DNA of 16,985 bases from the NCBI GenBank assembly GCA_016839785.1, contig JAEOTQ010000007.1:1-16985 (forward strand), written 5' to 3'. The notes beneath the pieces are model-generated. The model was not told where the DNA came from. It searched no databases and saw only the letters and a list, made by a program, of their open reading frames with translations. Position 1 is the stretch's first letter. The number at the start of each line of letters is the position of its first letter. The DNA is from Candidatus Hodarchaeota archaeon. Lineage in GTDB: Archaea > Asgardarchaeota > Heimdallarchaeia > Hodarchaeales > Hodarchaeaceae. Of the stretch, positions 8,742 through 16,985 are shown piece after piece. The position numbers and the translations under genes are program-made.

Positions 8742-9419
8742 CTATTTCTCTATACTGGAGTTATTTTTCACCTTCCTTTGTTTTAATCCAAATAGAATTA
8801 AAATGCCCATATTCAAAGGGATTAGAAAACCTGGAAATCCTTTGGCTTTTGTGGTGGTTGTAGTAGTTAGAAAAGTAGAGGTTATCCCAAACTCTTCAAG
8901 AAATTCTACATCGGGTCGAAATTCATTAAGAATAGGCTGAAAATCAACATAATCCTGATCGAAGGAGCCTATATCCACAAACTTCGCCAGACTAATAATT
9001 TGTAGATCAGGATCATCCATTTCTGAATTTTCGATGAATATCATAGATAATTGATGTTGATCAACTTGAAAATGTTCATTTTCACTTCCCATTTGCCATA
9101 TACCAGACGCGGAAAATGGATCACCCAGCATCCAGAAGAGATAATTATTACCCTCATTTGTACGGAAGAATAACATGGAACCAACATAATTAGTGGTAGC
9201 ATCTAAGGGAATTGAAAATAATATGAAAACTACTAACGACTTTGTTTCTCCTCTGGCGGGTGCTACAAAAAGATCGAAATCAAGGGTGACTAGAAGTTGA
9301 GAACTACTCTTTGTCACCTCCAATATTGCTACATCAGAAGCACACGATCCTGAAGAAGTATAGAGATTAAACGAAACAAAAAGAAGGAGAAATAACATTG
9401 ATACGTGTTTTTGCTTCAT
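8742..9419 (-). CDS. Secreted surface protein with Thr linker and PGF-type C-terminal anchor
   Basis: Signal peptide (MKQKHVSMLFLLLFVSF), acidic body, TTTTTT-KAKGFPGF + hydrophobic helix + KQRKVK. Starts 11 nt after the Hcp stop. Confidence 0.75.
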   Translation of the reverse strand: MKQKHVSMLFLLLFVSFNLYTSSGSCASDVAILEVTKSSSQLLVTLDFDLFVAPARGETKSLVVFILFSIPLDATTNYVGSMLFFRTNEGNNYLFWMLGDPFSASGIWQMGSENEHFQVDQHQLSMIFIENSEMDDPDLQIISLAKFVDIGSFDQDYVDFQPILNEFRPDVEFLEEFGITSTFLTTTTTTKAKGFPGFLIPLNMGILILFGLKQRKVKNNSSIEK

Positions 9420-9430
9420 ACTACTTCACG

Positions 9431-10036
9431 TTAACCAGGTGGGTTGATCCAGTCGTCTTCAGCTTCTATATTTCCCTTAGCGTTTCCCTCGGAATCATAT
9501 TCGGTATAAGTCCATTTAATTGTTTCATAGGTGAAAGAAACGGTTTCTCTGGGGATTTCGTCAATACTAATGGTTCCATATCCTTGAACGGAAGTGATCT
9601 TCGCATTAGTGAGCTCAATAGTGTAAAAATTTAATCCACTAGGTTCAAAATAAAATCGTAAAATGACAGAGGGGGCAGTAGTCCCTTTGACACATTTCTC
9701 ATATAGTTTTGGAGTCGATTTATCAATAGATTTCATAATTCGAAGGGGTGAATGCTGTTTGCCAGTAAGGTCTCCTGTAAGTCGGTCATACGGATTACTT
9801 ATACTATGGGAATAACCAAGTACCGTTATTGATTTTTCCCGACCAGCAATGATTGATTCACCATCAACACCCTCATAAAATAGATTCATTGAGATTGAAT
9901 TGAAGCTCGGATATTGAGTTTCAAGTGTAGAGGCATTCACATGTTGACCAAAACTAATAATCAACATAGAGAGAGTGGTTATTCCAATAAGTACCCCTAA
10001 AAGAACAACCAAACGTGTATTATATCTAATCTTCAT
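9431..10036 (-). CDS. hcp: Hcp (type VI secretion tube-like) family protein with N-terminal signal/TM segment
   Basis: Typical Hcp motifs: VDGES...REKSITVLGYSH, HSPLRIMKSIDKSTPKLY, YTIELTNAKITSV, ETVSFTYETIKWTY. Start is ATG 10036 or GTG 10045. The first ~35 aa are basic then hydrophobic. Confidence 0.9.
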   Translation of the reverse strand: MKIRYNTRLVVLLGVLIGITTLSMLIISFGQHVNASTLETQYPSFNSISMNLFYEGVDGESIIAGREKSITVLGYSHSISNPYDRLTGDLTGKQHSPLRIMKSIDKSTPKLYEKCVKGTTAPSVILRFYFEPSGLNFYTIELTNAKITSVQGYGTISIDEIPRETVSFTYETIKWTYTEYDSEGNAKGNIEAEDDWINPPG

Positions 10037-10199
10037 TTTTATCACTTCTGAATTTTAATAATTTATTCTTGTGAACGGGTCCCAGCAGTGCACATTGGGA
10101 TTCTTATGCTTATCGTTTAGTTGCGATATCCGTTTGTCATGAGGTTCGGGAAAAATCCTTTAATAGGACTTTAGATTATGTTTAGAAGAGGGGAATATA

Positions 10200-11222
10200 A
10201 TGCAAAAACTTGTGTCTAGATGTGGCAATATTTGCTCTGATTGTCCTTGGTCAATGTATTACCGTCAAAGAGTTGAAAAAAAGAATTGGGAACACTTAAG
10301 TAAACAATTCAAGAAATATGTTGGATATTATCCAATAAAGTACGAATGGGAGGGGTGTGTTGGGTGTGTAACTCCAACTGAGCGACTCCCAAAACATCCT
10401 CACTATAATTTCTTAAAGTCGTGTAATACAAGAAAGTGTGTAAACTATAATGAAATAGACTCATGTGCACACTGTAGTAGATATCCCTGTGGGAATACAG
10501 TGTCTCTCCAAGGTTTAACGAGAGAAAGAATATCAACAAAATTGGATGAGGAGATCTCTGATGAGAATTACGAACAATTTATCAGAATGTTTGATTCAAA
10601 GACAAATCTGACAGATATTCGACAATCCCTCTCCAAAAATCAGTTACATGACCCAAAACCAATCGAAAAATCCACTCTAACTAGAGATATTTCTGATAGG
10701 ATCAAGGATGAAGCGCTGAAGCAATTTTACAATACATTGATGGAAATCTATGCCTCCGACCTCGGGATTCAAGATATTGATACACTAGCTGGATTCGAAA
10801 AATTGAAAATAAGGCAGGAGGTAATCTCAAGAATATTATGGCTAGTTGGAATCCAAGGAGAGAGTGATAGTGAGGGTATAATCCTTGATGGAATAACCTT
10901 ACACAAAAATAAAAAAACCGCTAAATTGCCAACGAATGAAAAAGGCTGGGAAATTTACTTAGAAACATTAACAGGATTTGGAATAAAAAGTATATTGGAT
11001 ATAAAAACAGAAGACCTCTATACGCCAGGTGGTTGGATGCGTGATAGAATTCCAAAATCGAATACACCTGCTTATTATCTGAAAATGAGTTTAGATCCCA
11101 AATTTATCAAATTTGCGTTTTTCAAGATATTAAAGAACTATATAGCCGATTTACAAGCTACTAGTGGAAGAAGAGGGTATACCAAATTTAAAAATTTAAA
11201 TACAAATTTTTTCTTCGAATAG
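10200..11222 (+). CDS. DUF3795-domain Cys-rich protein with C-terminal extension
   Basis: SRCGNICSDCP...CVGC...CNTRKC....IDSCAHCSRYPC pattern. RBS GAGGGG upstream. Confidence 0.75.
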   Translation: MQKLVSRCGNICSDCPWSMYYRQRVEKKNWEHLSKQFKKYVGYYPIKYEWEGCVGCVTPTERLPKHPHYNFLKSCNTRKCVNYNEIDSCAHCSRYPCGNTVSLQGLTRERISTKLDEEISDENYEQFIRMFDSKTNLTDIRQSLSKNQLHDPKPIEKSTLTRDISDRIKDEALKQFYNTLMEIYASDLGIQDIDTLAGFEKLKIRQEVISRILWLVGIQGESDSEGIILDGITLHKNKKTAKLPTNEKGWEIYLETLTGFGIKSILDIKTEDLYTPGGWMRDRIPKSNTPAYYLKMSLDPKFIKFAFFKILKNYIADLQATSGRRGYTKFKNLNTNFFFE

Positions 11223-11385
11223 GACATTCTACAAAGAAATTCTAGGCAAAATAGCATCTATCGGAAGGAAAAAGTAATTAGAAAGCAAAAAAAATGATCT
11301 CTCTTTATCCATCACAATTATCTTTGTGAGTAATATCCCGAAGAAGTAATAATATTCTCATAATAAAGAAGCTGAAAGGATTCCC

Positions 11386-12909
11386 GTGAAAAGACTAGAA
11401 AATATCAAAAAAAGTATCGGAACAATTCTTGATCAATTTCCCAAATTCCTCGAGCCCTATGACCACGAGGACCAACTCTTAATCAAAACATTCTTAGAAT
11501 TACTTACCTATATTGAAGAGGCAGAACATAATAGAGCCAACCTTTCCAATCGATTCGTTGAGTATCGAGAGTTATCTTTCGCTCACCAAAGGTATTTTAC
11601 AACACAATTTCTTTGGTTAACTAAAAGTATTGCAGAAGAGGCCATCTATCATTTAAGTATCTCACGTTTTTATCCTTTAGATTTTTATAATTTCGTTCTA
11701 TATCAAATTAGACAAGTTTTTCAGTTAATTCGACAGACCATACCATTGAATCATCAGCTCTTTGAGGATCAGCAGGAAAAACTAAAACCGCTATATTCTC
11801 CACTAACTCCTGATGAAGTTGAGCTTCTGAAATTATTTCAGTCTATCTTGAGGAAAGGAGGAATTGAATCACTCAATGCAAAAACAATAAGGAATGAAGT
11901 ACTCCATAATACTGCAATCCCAAGTAAAATGAAACGAGAAACAGAAATCTCGCGTTTTCAAACCTTAATTGAGGGAAAATGGTGGCTTCTATTTCAATCT
12001 CTTGCATTTGGATTAACACGTGTGTTCTTTCATCTTAACGTGGGAAAAAATCAAACACTAGACAATTTGTTTGAATTATCTAATCCAGTAAATACCACAC
12101 TAGGTCGAAGTGATGTCTATAAAATCTGGGGATCAGAGGCTGAATTTGTAGGGACTTTTCTTGTTCCTACTATAGATCTAAATCCTCTGGAGAGACTGCT
12201 TAAGCAGTATGAAAGGGAAGGAAAACTGGTTGTCAAGAAACTTGTACCGATAAGAATGAGAAAACGGACAATCTCTATTACCAATTATAAAACTAAATAC
12301 GGGTGGAAAAATCTAACAAAAAAGGGGGAACAGGCAATAGTTAGTATGATTAAGCCAGTTAAGCAAGTAAAGAACATAATATCAGATTTAGAATTATTTC
12401 TTAATCCATTAATATTGCCTAACTGGCATATCACTGAAGTAGATTCCCCCACCAGTATAGTAGAGCTCTATTGCAAAACACCTTCAGAGTATACATATCC
12501 GAATCTTCCCTATACATTTCTGCCCAAAAAAAAGAAAAATATCTTAACCCGTTCCGAAATTACAATTATGACGCAGTTATTTGAGAAGAGTGTAATTGAC
12601 ATAGGATTTGTTCCTTGGCGTTTAATTGATGAATATTCTCGAAATTTATATTGTATTGAAATTCCTCCCTTACCCTATTCGACGCTAATACCATTCCTAG
12701 AAATTTTACCCTATGCAGATAGTTATTTTTCAGAGAAAAATCATTTTCTCTTAGCGAGGTTATCACCACAAATGGTTCAATGGATTCAAAAATCATTAAA
12801 ATGGAAAACATTTTCTTTACAGCGTCTACATTTTGCAACAGAACTAAAAAGTGATTGGTTTAATTCAAAAACAATGGAATGGACTAAACCTCTAATTTTA
12901 CAGAAATAG
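11386..12909 (+). CDS. Uncharacterised 507-aa soluble protein, possibly with wHTH/Lrp-like modules; paralogue of <2..781
   Basis: Long ORF with no signal peptide or TM segment and a helical N-terminus. LTPDEVELLKL...AFGLTRVFFHL and LTRSEITIMTQL weakly recall wHTH starts. The paralogy is visible directly; the fold is speculative. Confidence 0.85.
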   Translation: MKRLENIKKSIGTILDQFPKFLEPYDHEDQLLIKTFLELLTYIEEAEHNRANLSNRFVEYRELSFAHQRYFTTQFLWLTKSIAEEAIYHLSISRFYPLDFYNFVLYQIRQVFQLIRQTIPLNHQLFEDQQEKLKPLYSPLTPDEVELLKLFQSILRKGGIESLNAKTIRNEVLHNTAIPSKMKRETEISRFQTLIEGKWWLLFQSLAFGLTRVFFHLNVGKNQTLDNLFELSNPVNTTLGRSDVYKIWGSEAEFVGTFLVPTIDLNPLERLLKQYEREGKLVVKKLVPIRMRKRTISITNYKTKYGWKNLTKKGEQAIVSMIKPVKQVKNIISDLELFLNPLILPNWHITEVDSPTSIVELYCKTPSEYTYPNLPYTFLPKKKKNILTRSEITIMTQLFEKSVIDIGFVPWRLIDEYSRNLYCIEIPPLPYSTLIPFLEILPYADSYFSEKNHFLLARLSPQMVQWIQKSLKWKTFSLQRLHFATELKSDWFNSKTMEWTKPLILQK

Positions 12910-12915
12910 GGGAAG

Positions 12916-12946
12916 AAAAAAAGGGGAAAATGGAAATAATATTTCC
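12916..12946 (-). terminator. Oligo(T) terminator for micropeptide 2 with adjacent small palindrome
   Basis: CCCC-T7 on the minus strand (12926..12916) and GGAAATA-a-TATTTCC inverted repeat (12932..12946). Confidence 0.55.
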
Positions 12947-12969
12947 TTGTAAAGAAATTTCAATTCTCC

Positions 12970-13008
12970 TTATTTACCATCGCTTCCGCGATCACTTGGG
13001 GGCATCAT
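12970..13008 (-). CDS. 12-aa micropeptide MMPPSDRGSDGK
   Basis: ATG ATG CCC CCA AGT GAT CGC GGA AGC GAT GGT AAA TAA, with GAGGT (13021..13017) 8 nt upstream. 7/12 residues are identical to 872..910. Confidence 0.7.
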   Translation of the reverse strand: MMPPSDRGSDGK

Positions 13009-13016
13009 TTCGGTTG

Positions 13017-13067
13017 ACCTCAGCATTTATTTCCTTAAAGGTCTTTTAAGCTCCCAAAAATGACGTA
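13017..13067 (-). promoter_or_regulatory. RBS, TATA-like box and upstream conserved motif for micropeptide 2
   Basis: GAGGT at 13021..13017, CTTAAAAG at 13050..13043, and plus-strand AAAATGACGTA at 13057..13067. Confidence 0.5.
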
Positions 13068-13163
13068 CTAGGGATTTTGTGAGAAATCTCTTTACAGAGA
13101 AATCCAATCATAAATCAAAAATTAATTGAAAAATTTGATTTTAACCTCCCCAAAATGTACCAC

Positions 13164-13250
13164 AAAAAAAGGAGGAAGGAAAATCTTATTACGCGAATCC
13201 CTAATCAGGAAGAATATGTTAAGATGTTATTGATGTATTGTTCCTCCTAA
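13164..13250 (-). ncRNA. Candidate small structured RNA
   Basis: Nested inverted repeats: AGGAGGAA 13170..13177 / TTCCTCCT 13241..13248 and ATCTTA 13183..13188 / TAAGAT 13220..13225. A T7 tract follows on the minus strand, with TTACATAAATA about 30 nt upstream. Confidence 0.3.
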
Positions 13251-13434
13251 TTACTGTATACATCTAGTTATGGAATATTTATGTAAGCCTTTCAGAGTTA
13301 GATTCAGGTTTAAAAGACAAAATTTCTACAGAATATCAGCATTTTTAAGAGAAAACTTCTTACAAGGAGAATCCGATTTAAATCTTCTAAACTAGGTAGC
13401 TAAAAGAATTAATTACGTTAAAATGAATCTAAAT

Positions 13435-13526
13435 GAAAAAGAGATAACTTTATAAACATTAAACGTTCAACTGCGAATTGTGAGGCAATTAATGAACTCA
13501 CGAAAATTCAAATAGAGAAAAGGTGA
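13435..13526 (+). promoter_or_regulatory. BRE/TATA promoter and RBS of the histone gene
   Basis: Purine-rich GAAAAAGAGATAAC followed by TTTATAAA (13449..13456). AGGTGA (13521..13526) lies 6 nt before the ATG. Confidence 0.6.
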
Positions 13527-13532
13527 AAAAAT

Positions 13533-13751
13533 ATGGGTAAAAAAAGAAAAGCTGGTTTTGCAAGTGCTCGTGTCGAAAAACTAATCCGAAATGCTGGAGC
13601 TTTTCGAGTATCAGCTGACGCGACTTTTCGACTGAATGAGATCTTAACTAGTTACGCAATGTCCCTGGCAAGATATGGAAATGATATTGCAAAGCACAAT
13701 GGGCGTAAAACAGTTCAAGAATCAGATATAATACTAGCTGCAACTAAATAA
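13533..13751 (+). CDS. Archaeal histone (HMf-like) with short basic N-terminal extension
   Basis: 72 aa with histone-fold signatures AGAFRVSADA and AKHNGRKTVQESDIILA (compare HMf AGAERVS..A, ARHAGRKTIKAEDIELA). Confidence 0.96.
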   Translation: MGKKRKAGFASARVEKLIRNAGAFRVSADATFRLNEILTSYAMSLARYGNDIAKHNGRKTVQESDIILAATK

Positions 13752-13782
13752 GAAGGGTTAACCTTCTTTTCATTATTTTTTT
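13751..13782 (+). terminator. Histone gene terminator
   Basis: AGAAGG-gttaa-CCTTCT hairpin followed by TTT-CATTA-T7, immediately after the stop. Confidence 0.6.
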
Positions 13783-13828
13783 AATTCTAAATAACTTAGA
13801 GTCAACAATCCTTATCATAATGTCTTTA

Positions 13829-14719
13829 TCAGGCAAGTTTAATGTGATTAAGAATTTCACTGATGATTTGGGGAGCAAGAGTAGGGGAAATATTGTGGCC
13901 CATTCCGTCAACACTTACAAATTTGGCTCCTGGGATTGAATTGGCTGTATCACGACCTCCTTCAATCGGAACAAGGGGATCAACATCACCGTGTATCACA
14001 AGAGAAGGGATGTTGATTGATTTAAGCGCTTCAGTTCGACTTCCTGAAGTAAAGATAGCAGCTAATTGTCGAACTGTTCCTTGAGGATAAAAAGATCGGT
14101 CATAGGATCGTGCAAGACGATTCCGAATGGCTATCTCATCAAAGGGAAGAGTCCCTCCATCGAAAATCCTCCACATTTCTACTCCCTGTTCAATCCGAGC
14201 AGCCCGTTCTGGTTCAGGGGGAGTCATTAGAGCCGCCGAAGCTTCAGGAGTAGAAAGAGGTAAGTCAGGATTTCCTGTACTAGACATAATTGAAATTAGA
14301 GAACGGATTCTGTCTGGAAATTCAATAGCAATTGTTTGAGCGATCATACCTCCCATGCTAACTCCACAAATATGTGCACTACGAATGTTTAACGCGTCTA
14401 GTAATCCTATAGAATCTTTTGCCATGTCAATCAGTTGATAGGAAACTTCTACTTGTTCTCCCTGCATCATTGCAAATATGTCGGGAACGGGGGAGTCATC
14501 AAATTTCGTGGATAATCCTACGTCCCGATTATCAAAACGAATCACGAAGTAACTATGAGAGGCAATTTCCTTACAAAATTCTTCTTCCCAGGTTATCATT
14601 TGTTCCCCTAACCCCATGATTAGGAGGATTGGGGGATTGGTATCTTCACCAAAGGTATCATAACAGATCTTAAGATCATTTGAACTAGCTATTTTTTCAC
14701 CTGAATAGGGGATTATCAT
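13829..14719 (-). CDS. Alpha/beta-fold hydrolase (esterase, RdmC-like)
   Basis: LLIMGLG oxyanion loop, RFDNRDVGLS, nucleophile elbow GVSMGG, IHGDVDPLVP and catalytic His in GMGH. Confidence 0.93.
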   Translation of the reverse strand: MIIPYSGEKIASSNDLKICYDTFGEDTNPPILLIMGLGEQMITWEEEFCKEIASHSYFVIRFDNRDVGLSTKFDDSPVPDIFAMMQGEQVEVSYQLIDMAKDSIGLLDALNIRSAHICGVSMGGMIAQTIAIEFPDRIRSLISIMSSTGNPDLPLSTPEASAALMTPPEPERAARIEQGVEMWRIFDGGTLPFDEIAIRNRLARSYDRSFYPQGTVRQLAAIFTSGSRTEALKSINIPSLVIHGDVDPLVPIEGGRDTANSIPGAKFVSVDGMGHNISPTLAPQIISEILNHIKLA

Positions 14720-14836
14720 TCCATTCCATCTCCTGCGTTTCTCATGTTCTTAGAACCTGCTCACTCAATATATATTAGCTTTTCTTCAAAACATCATTGA
14801 GATATATAAATAATTAAGAGCTGGCTAAATCCTCGT

Positions 14837-15061
14837 TTATTTTCTTTTATAGATACTAATGGCGAATAGGAGTAATAATATGAAATAAACTTGGGAAAAA
14901 GATCCTGCTTTGGTCATTTTACTCGTAGAATCAGACTCAACCGAGTTTGTAATAGAAACAGTTGTGGTTAGGGAGATGGAACAAGAAAACCTACCAGTAA
15001 TTGAGAGGCTCCCTCCTTCCTTCAAAATCAGATTAAGCGTTATAAAAGTGAAAACTGACCC
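14837..15061 (-). pseudogene. Possible C-terminal remnant of a surface-anchored protein
   Basis: Open frame with no ATG, signal peptide or clear RBS near its 5' end. It encodes an S/T-rich linker + hydrophobic helix + KRK, like the tails of three other genes here. Confidence 0.4.
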
Positions 15062-15095
15062 TTACTTATCTTCGTCGCAACATTTAATAGGAATC

Positions 15096-15713
15096 TCATC
15101 TTAAACTAATTTTTGGGAGCAACATAGGCACTTTCGTTTTATACTCTTCATAGGTAGAGCCAAATTCCCGAATTAATTCTTTTTCTTCCTTTCTTGCTAG
15201 AAGATACAGATAAACAAACATAAAAGGTGTAAGAAGAAAGGAATAAAATGCTGATAGAAGAATAGATATTGCGAAATGGGCAAGTAATGCTCCCAAGTAT
15301 TGAGGATGTCTAACTCGACTATAAACTCCTGTATGAATAACTCTCTCTGGTCGATGGGTTTCAGCTACCTTAAGGGTTACCTCTATGACACCCATGAATG
15401 AAAACCAGAGTACTACCACAATAATGGGTAAAAAAATTAGAACATGGATAATAGGGGTATTTATATTAACAAATGGGAGTATAAAGGATGTTTCGGAGAG
15501 AATAGGAATAGTGAAGCGGGGTTGGGGAGCAAACCAGATTCCAAACAGAAAAAGAAAATACCCCCAACCAGAAATGAGACCTAAAATATCCCCAATTCTT
15601 ATCCCCTTGGATTTCCCGAACTTCTTTCGTAACCTGTGATGTTCTAATGACCAAATATAGAGAGGAAAAATTAGTATTTCGCCTAATATGCTAATCCAAA
15701 ACAGTAAACTCAT
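15096..15713 (-). CDS. Isoprenylcysteine carboxyl methyltransferase (ICMT/PEMT) family membrane protein
   Basis: Multiple TM helices, TGVYSRVRHPQYLG and EEKELIREFGSTYEEYKTKVP motifs. Confidence 0.9.
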   Translation of the reverse strand: MSLLFWISILGEILIFPLYIWSLEHHRLRKKFGKSKGIRIGDILGLISGWGYFLFLFGIWFAPQPRFTIPILSETSFILPFVNINTPIIHVLIFLPIIVVVLWFSFMGVIEVTLKVAETHRPERVIHTGVYSRVRHPQYLGALLAHFAISILLSAFYSFLLTPFMFVYLYLLARKEEKELIREFGSTYEEYKTKVPMLLPKISLR

Positions 15714-16126
15714 TTCAAATCTAACTAATCTAGGATTTCACTTGAGAAATAAAGGTTCTTCAGTTATTCTTCGCCCTGAAAAACTCGTGAAAAAAGGATT
15801 AGCCAACAGAAGATCAGAAATTTCAAAGAAAAAAAACAAATAATTGGCATTGGGAGAATTAAAATTTACGTAAAATAATAGTTTCAAAAATAATTGCTTT
15901 TCTGAATTCTCATACTCCGATCTCGAAAACAAGTAGAAATCCCAATTCTCTAGATATAACTTCTTATTCAAGAAATAGTGGTAATAATCTCAAGGCAGAA
16001 AAAATTCGTTGGAGATTTAGGAGTACCTGCTGGGAGATGTAGGAACTCTTGTAAGGGGTGAAATGCTAGAATATAGATAGTGATGAAATCAGTACATTAG
16101 AATGAAAACCCCCCCTGAGATGATGT

Positions 16127-16985
16127 ATGAAAATGGAATCGTTGAAAAATGCCACAAAATGGGGAGATCGTGAGTCTACTCATATTAAAGTAACCGAACC
16201 GCTGAAAAAATTTGTTTTTCACCATCTAGACATGGATCCAGATACTCGTCCCAAACAATACTCGCAAAAGAAGACTTTGAATGCTCTCTTGGGTGATTCA
16301 CAGGTATTAACCACGTTTCAATCTGAATTAGAAGAACTTATTAATAAGACGCAAATAATTACAGATCCTTGGACTCGTATAACCAACTCGCTAGGGCAAG
16401 GATATGTAGAATCGCTTCGCACACGCTTTTCGGATATTCCCGCTGTGGTTGAACTTGTTATATTTCCTCATAATCATGAGGAAATCGTGAAAGTTGTCCA
16501 ATTAGCGAATAAGCATGAAGTCCCCATTTCAACTGTGGCTGGAGCAACATCCGTCACACTGGGAATAGAACCTTCCCCTGGTATCGTCGCAGTAAATTTA
16601 ATCCAGATGAATAAGATACTTAATGTGAATCCAGAAGCTCAATATATCACCGTTGAATGCGGGATTTTGGGCCCTGAATTAGAAGCGCAGCTTCAGACTC
16701 ATGGACTGACTCTAGGGCATTTCCCTCAATCATTTGAGTATAGTACATTGGGAGGATGGGCAGCCACCCGGGGAGCAGGACAAAATTCTACTCTTTATGG
16801 AAAGATTGAAGATATGGTCATGGGAATGAAGTTTGTTACGGGTTCAGGAGATACATTGATCACCAAAAAAGCCCCTGCACGAGCAACAGGGCCCGATATC
16901 AACCAGATACTCCTTGGTTCCGAAGGAACTTATGGTATCATTACCGAACTGACCCTGCGTGTCTGGAAAACTCCTAGAAAGACCC
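16127..16985 (+). CDS. FAD-binding oxidoreductase, alkyldihydroxyacetonephosphate synthase-like (3'-truncated by the window edge)
   Basis: Not in the ORF track; translated by hand: MKMESLKNATKWGD...AGATSVTLG...TLGHFPQSFEYSTLGGWAATRGAGQNSTLYGKIEDMV...PARATGPDINQILLGSEGTYGIITE. Confidence 0.9.
   Translation, partial: MKMESLKNATKWGDRESTHIKVTEPLKKFVFHHLDMDPDTRPKQYSQKKTLNALLGDSQVLTTFQSELEELINKTQIITDPWTRITNSLGQGYVESLRTRFSDIPAVVELVIFPHNHEEIVKVVQLANKHEVPISTVAGATSVTLGIEPSPGIVAVNLIQMNKILNVNPEAQYITVECGILGPELEAQLQTHGLTLGHFPQSFEYSTLGGWAATRGAGQNSTLYGKIEDMVMGMKFVTGSGDTLITKKAPARATGPDINQILLGSEGTYGIITELTLRVWKTPRKT

Noticed and set aside
2-13067. Composite transposon or island bounded by the two repeated modules
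   Set aside because: The copies are highly diverged at DNA level, and there is no transposase or integrase motif, terminal inverted repeat or target duplication.
307-15654. Other short ORFs in the track nested in or antisense to the long genes
   Set aside because: They are shadow ORFs overlapping well-supported CDSs.
15738-15971. 77-aa minus-strand ORF
   Set aside because: TTG start, Phe/Leu-rich translation of AT-rich intergenic DNA and no recognisable motif; probably spurious.
1-16985. tRNA, rRNA or CRISPR array
   Set aside because: No cloverleaf, rRNA-like GC-rich block or regularly spaced repeats were seen.

Overview
AT-rich archaeal chromosomal window, most likely Asgard/Heimdallarchaeia-like (inferred from an archaeal histone, a RING-finger protein and PGF-type C-terminally anchored surface proteins). 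It holds about 14 conventional genes: GNAT acetyltransferase, three C-terminally anchored surface proteins, an enolase-superfamily enzyme, an ARPP-1/DUF6569-like protein, a membrane RING protein, an orphan Hcp (T6SS tube-like) protein with a signal/anchor peptide, a DUF3795 protein, a histone, an alpha/beta hydrolase, an ICMT-family methyltransferase and a partial alkyl-DHAP-synthase-like FAD oxidase. The main observation is a module present twice, about 12 kb apart. A large uncharacterised protein (<2..781 and 11386..12909, clear paralogues) is followed convergently by an unannotated 12-codon ORF (MMPPRDGPDSGK at 872..910 and MMPPSDRGSDGK at 12970..13008). Each tiny ORF has a GAGGT ribosome-binding site at identical spacing, conserved promoter-like motifs and a CCCC-poly(T) terminator. 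This looks like an undescribed peptide plus cognate-protein system (signalling, RiPP-like or antagonist pair).
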